A stretch of DNA of 64,000 nt. It comes from a virus (Duplodnaviria > Caudoviricetes). Where the stretch lies: IMG/VR virus record IMGVR_UViG_2902759955_000002, positions 96,001 through 160,000 of that record. The stretch is one strand, 5' to 3'. Shown one piece after another: positions 59,880-64,000 of this stretch. The number at the start of each line of letters is the position of its first letter. The stretch's first letter is position 1. The notes below the pieces were generated by a model, which did no database searches, was not told the DNA's origin, and was given only the letters and a program-made list of their open reading frames with translations. The position numbers and the translations under genes are program-made.

Positions 59880-60548
59880 CTCGTTTCTGAGGGTTCGGGT
59901 TTTACCGCATCCCGCAAAGCACTGTAGTGAACCAAGGCCAATTCCCTGCTCTGATGGAGAAACAGCAGAACAAGGAGGGCACAGGGGACCAGCGTCACAC
60001 AAGACACTGACTCTTACGCACGAGTGTCTCCGAGGAAACACGCGCATGCGCACAGAACCGCAATGCACTGCAGGCTGCGCACTGAGAGCGGTGGCTCGAT
60101 CAGTGGCATGTGCCTTGGCACACGCACTTCGCACAACTTCCTGGTGACATCTTCAAAGCCAGGCGTACCGATGAAGGGGACATTGCGTCAGCCTTCGCAG
60201 TCCGTTCTTCCGCCCAAGGAGAACGTTGGCCATAATCGGTGATAGATAGGCGACCGTGACCAAGACGACTTAAACAACGAGAAGGGTTTCAAGATGGTCC
60301 ATCAAGGAATGCGTCACTCGCTGTCTCCCGACAGTGATCGCGCCCGCGCGCGGGTGACATACTCTGGCTTCTCGTAACTACCCGGGATGCGGTCCCAGTG
60401 TCGTCAAGGTTTCGCAGGCCTTTCACCTGGGTGAGGCGACTGGATACGCGGCATTGCACCACGCACCAACCCACTGGGGACTCGAACCCCTCATCAGACA
60501 GTTTCCAAGCGATGGCTGGCATCGCTCGCATACCATTACGTACAGGGT
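59880..60548 (-). ncRNA. candidate large structured ncRNA or leader
   Basis: ~670 nt with no credible ORF, many hairpins (GNRA loops) and long-range complementarities. Confidence 0.5.
60469..60548 (-). ncRNA. tRNA-like module (pseudo-tRNA-Leu(CAG)-like)
   Basis: D arm CGTA-ATGGTA-TGCG, anticodon arm GCGAT-GCCAGCC-ATCGC, long variable arm, T arm GGGG-TTCGAGT-CCCC; weak acceptor stem, no CCA. Confidence 0.55.
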
Positions 60549-60553
60549 AATTC

Positions 60554-60742
60554 TTACTGCAACAGTCGCATTACTTCGCGCAGGCGTTCGTAGGTCAGCC
60601 CCGCGTTCGCTCGCGCGGTGCCCGGCGGACAAAGCAACAGGTAATCCGTCCAGGCGGAGGCGGCTGCATCGAGCGAACGCTGTGCGCGCACGCGCGCCAT
60701 CTCGATGGCGTCTTCTTCGCTCAGAAAGTTGTCGTGAACCAT
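60554..60742 (-). CDS. small hypothetical protein
   Basis: 62 aa, follows the membrane protein gene. Confidence 0.5.
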   Translation of the reverse strand: MVHDNFLSEEDAIEMARVRAQRSLDAAASAWTDYLLLCPPGTARANAGLTYERLREVMRLLQ

Positions 60743-60756
60743 GGTGGTCTCGATAG

Positions 60757-61197
60757 TTATCGGGGTGCGTGAGGTCCCGGTGCACCATCTCCATCGCTAC
60801 CGTCGCCATCCCCATCGCCGCCGGCGCCAGGGTCAGGTGCAGGGGGTGGAGGCGCAACAGCGGGAACATTCGGGAACGGCGCTTCTGCGTTCTGCTTCAG
60901 TCGCACGCCCGCGGCCGCCGCGATCATCTGGACGGCGAGGGCGCTTGCCCCGGTCGCAAAACCCATCTGATTGAAGACGTGGTGAACGTGCGTATCCCAG
61001 ATCGACATCCAGAGAAACGCCAAGCCGTAAAGCAGGATGAGCGCATACACTAGCCGGGCCGGGTCGAAGTCGCCATTCCAGTTGGTAAAGCAGTCGGTAC
61101 AGACTTTCCAGATGGTGTGTCGAATGCGTTTGAGCGTAATGATGGCTTTGGTCTTTCGCCAAAGCCGCTTTTGCCATGAGATGGGCTTTTGCGTCAT
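60757..61197 (-). CDS. two-TM membrane protein (holin-like)
   Basis: basic N-terminus, DPARL, two TMs, Pro/Gly/Asp tail. Confidence 0.65.
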   Translation of the reverse strand: MTQKPISWQKRLWRKTKAIITLKRIRHTIWKVCTDCFTNWNGDFDPARLVYALILLYGLAFLWMSIWDTHVHHVFNQMGFATGASALAVQMIAAAAGVRLKQNAEAPFPNVPAVAPPPPAPDPGAGGDGDGDGSDGDGAPGPHAPR

Positions 61198-61294
61198 AGG
61201 GGGTCCCCGTAGATAACGTGTTGCACAGGATTGCCACCCGGACTGCGAGGAACAAAAAAAAAGAGGGATCCTCTCCTCTTTTGTGCCTGATCAC

Positions 61295-61453
61295 TCAGGC
61301 GCCAGCGTCGATACTATCGATCAGGTTCGTGGCCGTAAGACGCTCGCGATCACTCATCGTCATGGCGATCTCACGCATCTGGCGAAATAGCCCATAAGCC
61401 TGTTCCCGCAGCTCATGGATCTGATCCATCTTTTTCTGATCGTCGTCGTTCAC
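61295..61453 (-). CDS. 52-aa hypothetical protein
   Basis: GTGA overlap with the upstream stop; MNDDDQKKMDQIHELREQ... Confidence 0.5.
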   Translation of the reverse strand: MNDDDQKKMDQIHELREQAYGLFRQMREIAMTMSDRERLTATNLIDSIDAGA

Positions 61454-61635
61454 GAGTGGGTACCCTGTTCTGCAGCGAGTCGCCGACGGGCTTCGTCGGA
61501 GATGCTGACGGTGTAATCGAGGCCGGGCGTGCGGGGTGCTTCAACGACCGCCTTGAATCGCCCCATCTCCTGGCAATTCAACTGGCGGGACGTCTGCCAA
61601 CAAAGTGGCACGATAGGGGTGATCGGTGTTGTCAT
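61450..61635 (-). CDS. small hypothetical protein
   Basis: ATGA-coupled; YTVSISDEARRRL resembles the host 'VSLSxEA' motif. Confidence 0.5.
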   Translation of the reverse strand: MTTPITPIVPLCWQTSRQLNCQEMGRFKAVVEAPRTPGLDYTVSISDEARRRLAAEQGTHS

Positions 61636-61937
61636 GCGGTCATGGGTTCCAGTACGGGATCCGGCAGGAGATGCAGCTTTGAGGGGCGTTCATCGCCGGT
61701 GAACTTGTTGAACAACCCCTCCCAGAAAAACTCACTGAACCCAGGCTCTGCGAGGCGCACGACGCCACTACCCAGATCGACATAGGCGCAGGAGCGATGC
61801 ATCAACTGCGGCTCGCCACCGCGGCGGGAATACCGCGTGAACTTGTTGTAGGCATTCGCCAGTCCCACGCCGAGCGTGATTGCGGAAGGCGCTATGAAGC
61901 AGAGCGCGATGACCATCAGCGAAAAGTTGGTATGCAT
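61632..61937 (-). CDS. small membrane protein
   Basis: N-terminal TM. Confidence 0.55.
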   Translation of the reverse strand: MHTNFSLMVIALCFIAPSAITLGVGLANAYNKFTRYSRRGGEPQLMHRSCAYVDLGSGVVRLAEPGFSEFFWEGLFNKFTGDERPSKLHLLPDPVLEPMTA

Positions 61938-61958
61938 GAGATAGCTCGGTGAAGTAGA

Positions 61959-61986
61959 AAAATAAAAGGACACCCGAAGGTGTCCT
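61959..61986 (-). terminator. intrinsic terminator
   Basis: AGGACACC-TTCG-GGTGTCCT-TTTATTTTT. Confidence 0.8.
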
Positions 61987-62017
61987 GAATAGTTGGGGCG
62001 CAAAACGACAGGCGGTG

Positions 62018-62116
62018 CTACTTGCGACTGACCTTTTCGTCAAAGACAGCCTTGAGCGTCAGGCCAAAGAGAAAGCCCATGCCGACGTATCCTGCGGCCT
62101 TTAAAAATCTGTCCAT
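62018..62116 (-). CDS. 32-aa membrane peptide
   Basis: AAGGAG RBS; MDRFLKAAGYVGMGFLFGLTLKAVFDEKVSRK. Confidence 0.55.
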   Translation of the reverse strand: MDRFLKAAGYVGMGFLFGLTLKAVFDEKVSRK

Positions 62117-62118
62117 GG

Positions 62119-62271
62119 TTACTCCTTAGCGGGTTGGGTGGGTTCAGCGGGCTTGGCTTCCTTGCCGACCTTCAGGGCAATCGGCAAGGCGATGGCGAGC
62201 GCTACGCCCGCGGCGAAGAGACACATGGCAGCGCCGTTGCTGAGCGGTGCGGTGTCTTCGGATTCGTACAT
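62119..62271 (-). CDS. 50-aa membrane peptide
   Basis: GAGGA RBS; MYESEDTAPLSNGAAMCLFAAGVALAIALPIALK... Confidence 0.55.
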   Translation of the reverse strand: MYESEDTAPLSNGAAMCLFAAGVALAIALPIALKVGKEAKPAEPTQPAKE

Positions 62272-62286
62272 GGTGATGTCCTCGAT

Positions 62287-62610
62287 TTAGAGCGTGACCA
62301 ACATGGCGCTGAGTTGGTCGATGCGATGGTGATACTCAACCACGCGTTGGTAATCCTCGTGATCGTTCGGTGCGAAGGCGAGCGCCATCGCGTCGTTCCA
62401 CAAACGCGTACCGGCAAACTTATCGAGCAGGGCGTGGAGTTCGTTCAGGACGAGTTCTGCTTCGTCCATTGCCTTCTTGGTGTGCTCCGCACGATCGAGT
62501 CGTTGCTGGAGTGATAGTGGTCCGACCGGCTTGGCCTGCTCGTCAAACTTCTCAAGCGTGGCGCGTGCGATGTGAACAGTGCGAAGCAGTGCGTGGTGTT
62601 GGTTGTGCAT
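62287..62610 (-). CDS. helical hypothetical protein
   Basis: GAGGA RBS, 107 aa. Confidence 0.6.
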   Translation of the reverse strand: MHNQHHALLRTVHIARATLEKFDEQAKPVGPLSLQQRLDRAEHTKKAMDEAELVLNELHALLDKFAGTRLWNDAMALAFAPNDHEDYQRVVEYHHRIDQLSAMLVTL

Positions 62611-62716
62611 GATGTCCTCAGGGAGTCAGTTGCGTACCGTTTGGAGAGCCCGCGCGGCGAAAACGGGTTCTCCGAACGGCACACGGGGCGGATGCCCCAC
62701 GTGTCGCCGGATGGCC

Positions 62717-62884
62717 TTAGGCTGCTGCCGAGCTGGAGGCACCCGTGGCTTGCGCTGCGGTCTTCTCGACCGCTTCCTGCTCGCGCTTGTTCAGGTACTT
62801 CTCGATCGCGACGACCGCCTTGTAGCCAGCGTAGAGACCGACGACGGTGCCAGCTGCGGATGCTGCAGACTTGAAGAATTGCAT
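62717..62884 (-). CDS. 55-aa membrane-associated peptide
   Basis: AAGGA RBS; MQFFKSAASAAGTVVGLYAGYKAVVAIEKYL... Confidence 0.55.
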   Translation of the reverse strand: MQFFKSAASAAGTVVGLYAGYKAVVAIEKYLNKREQEAVEKTAAQATGASSSAAA

Positions 62885-62940
62885 GATGTTTCCTTGTGAT
62901 GAAATTGGATGGATGACTTACTGCGACAGGGTGTTGGCAA

Positions 62941-63402
62941 TCAAGCGGCTTGCTGCTCGCTTTGCTTCTGCGCGTTTTGCGCTTCAGCGCTCAGGCGCGC
63001 TTCTTCTTCACGTGCTGCATCGAGCAGGGCTTGTGCGGAACGGACACCTTCCTCCAGGGCTTCACGACATTCACGTGCTGCCTCGGCGGCCGTCTTCGGC
63101 GCTGCAGGTGCGGCTGCTGCTTGGGGTGCCGCTGGCTGAGCAGCGCTCGGCGTAGCGGTTTGGGGTTGTGTGGCTTCGGCTGCCGGCGTGGTGGCCGGTG
63201 CTGCAGCCTCGGTCTTGGCTTCGCCCTTACGGGTCGAGACGTAGACCGCCGCGCCAGCGCCAACTACGACGAGACCGAGGCCGGCGGCAATCAGCATTTC
63301 GTTGTTGGTCATGAAGGGGCTCTTGGTGCTGCCGGTTTCAGCAATCGTGTCAGCGTTGTTTTGCGCTGCGTCGAGGGCCATCGAGAACAGGGACTTGAAC
63401 AT
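62941..63402 (-). CDS. single-TM Ala/Pro-rich protein
   Basis: AGGAG RBS, TM LIAAGLGLVVVGAGAAVYV, coiled tail. Confidence 0.7.
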   Translation of the reverse strand: MFKSLFSMALDAAQNNADTIAETGSTKSPFMTNNEMLIAAGLGLVVVGAGAAVYVSTRKGEAKTEAAAPATTPAAEATQPQTATPSAAQPAAPQAAAAPAAPKTAAEAARECREALEEGVRSAQALLDAAREEEARLSAEAQNAQKQSEQQAA

Positions 63403-63470
63403 GGTGTTGCTCCTAAAAGGTCGTAGATAAGTGGGTTAATCAATTCCATTCGTGGTCTTGATTCAGCGTG

Positions 63471-63482
63471 GTCATATAGGTC
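63471..63482 (-). promoter_or_regulatory. putative phage early promoter
   Basis: GACCTATATGAC with an upstream A-tract. Confidence 0.55.
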
Positions 63483-63554
63483 TGTCTTTTTTTAGAATCG
63501 TGGTTTGGGCGGGGCAGACGGCATAAAGGCCAGAGCTTTCGCCCTGGCCTAGGT

Positions 63555-64000
63555 TCACGCAGAGGTGTGGGTGCCGTTTGCTTGCGCGTTGATCCGCTCG
63601 GCGATCTCGTGGTTGGAGACGAAGTGTCCTACCGGGACCTGGTCGACCAACCAGACGTTGTTGTCGGACAGGTAGAAGACGAAGCCATTCTTCGCCATGG
63701 TGAGCGCATCGATAATGAGCACCACCGGCTTGCCGTGTCGCGCACCGACACTCTTGGCGGTGTCGAACGTCTCCGACAGATGCACGTGATGTCGACCGGC
63801 AGGCTTGATCCCTTCCTTGCGGATCGAGTCCATGAAGCGTTCCGCGGTCCCGTGATAGAGATACTCGGGCGGCAACTTCACCGCATAAGTCATCTCGACG
63901 GTCTGGGTCGAATGACCCTGATTTGCCCGAACGCGTAAGCCGTCTTCGGAGATGGCGTATCGCTGCTTGTCGCAGGTAGCAACCACGTGGTCCAGTTCCA
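63555..64000 (-). CDS. kptA: RNA 2'-phosphotransferase Tpt1/KptA (5' end outside the window)
   Basis: DKQRY, RANQGHS, PPEYLYHGT, RHHVHLS, VGARHG, NNVWL. Confidence 0.92.
   Translation of the reverse strand, partial: ELDHVVATCDKQRYAISEDGLRVRANQGHSTQTVEMTYAVKLPPEYLYHGTAERFMDSIRKEGIKPAGRHHVHLSETFDTAKSVGARHGKPVVLIIDALTMAKNGFVFYLSDNNVWLVDQVPVGHFVSNHEIAERINAQANGTHTSA

Noticed and set aside
59267-60007. Extended 246-aa start for the oxygenase
   Set aside because: The extension lies in hairpin-rich sequence; the enzyme domain begins at MSLAERIAVHDNF (59872).
60100-60183. Cys-rich 27-aa ORF (MSPSSVRLALKMSPGSCAKCVCQGTCH) as a RiPP-like precursor for the oxygenase
   Set aside because: No clear SD and it lies within RNA hairpins; the Cys codons are explained by TGTG/TGCG stems. 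Not fully excluded.
59880-60548. RNase P, tmRNA or group II intron identity for the structured region
   Set aside because: Only scattered short resemblances (GGTAAAACCC..GAGCAA, GTGCG); no P4 GAGGAAAGUCC, no tmRNA termini and no domain V.

Overview
This is a 64 kb segment of a phiKZ-like (Chimalliviridae-type) jumbo phage genome. It is fairly GC-rich, and a betaproteobacterial host such as Burkholderia or Ralstonia is only a guess. About 1-50 kb is the conserved core: RNase H, virion and baseplate proteins, SbcC, four paralogous His-repeat fibre proteins, spanins, RuvC, portal, an nvRNAP subunit, major capsid protein, DnaB, an SF2 helicase and internal head proteins carrying A/S/G-x-E protease sites. 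About 50-64 kb is a minus-strand accessory/early region with a methylase-like gene, an XRE protein, a HigBA-type toxin-antitoxin pair, a 2OG-Fe(II) oxygenase/HD-like/ART-like operon, small membrane proteins and KptA/Tpt1. Main highlights: (1) a 380-nt ORF-less group I intron splitting dnaB; (2) a ~670-nt densely base-paired non-coding segment that begins with a non-canonical tRNA-like module and leads into a translationally coupled oxygenase/HD/ART-like operon; (3) a recurring hairpin+TTATG(C/T)CG gene-end element; (4) outer virion proteins almost free of Lys/Arg; (5) a CYTH enzyme and an HExxH protein carrying head-protease tags. The phiKZ gene-number equivalences come from recalled motifs and synteny, not from database searches.
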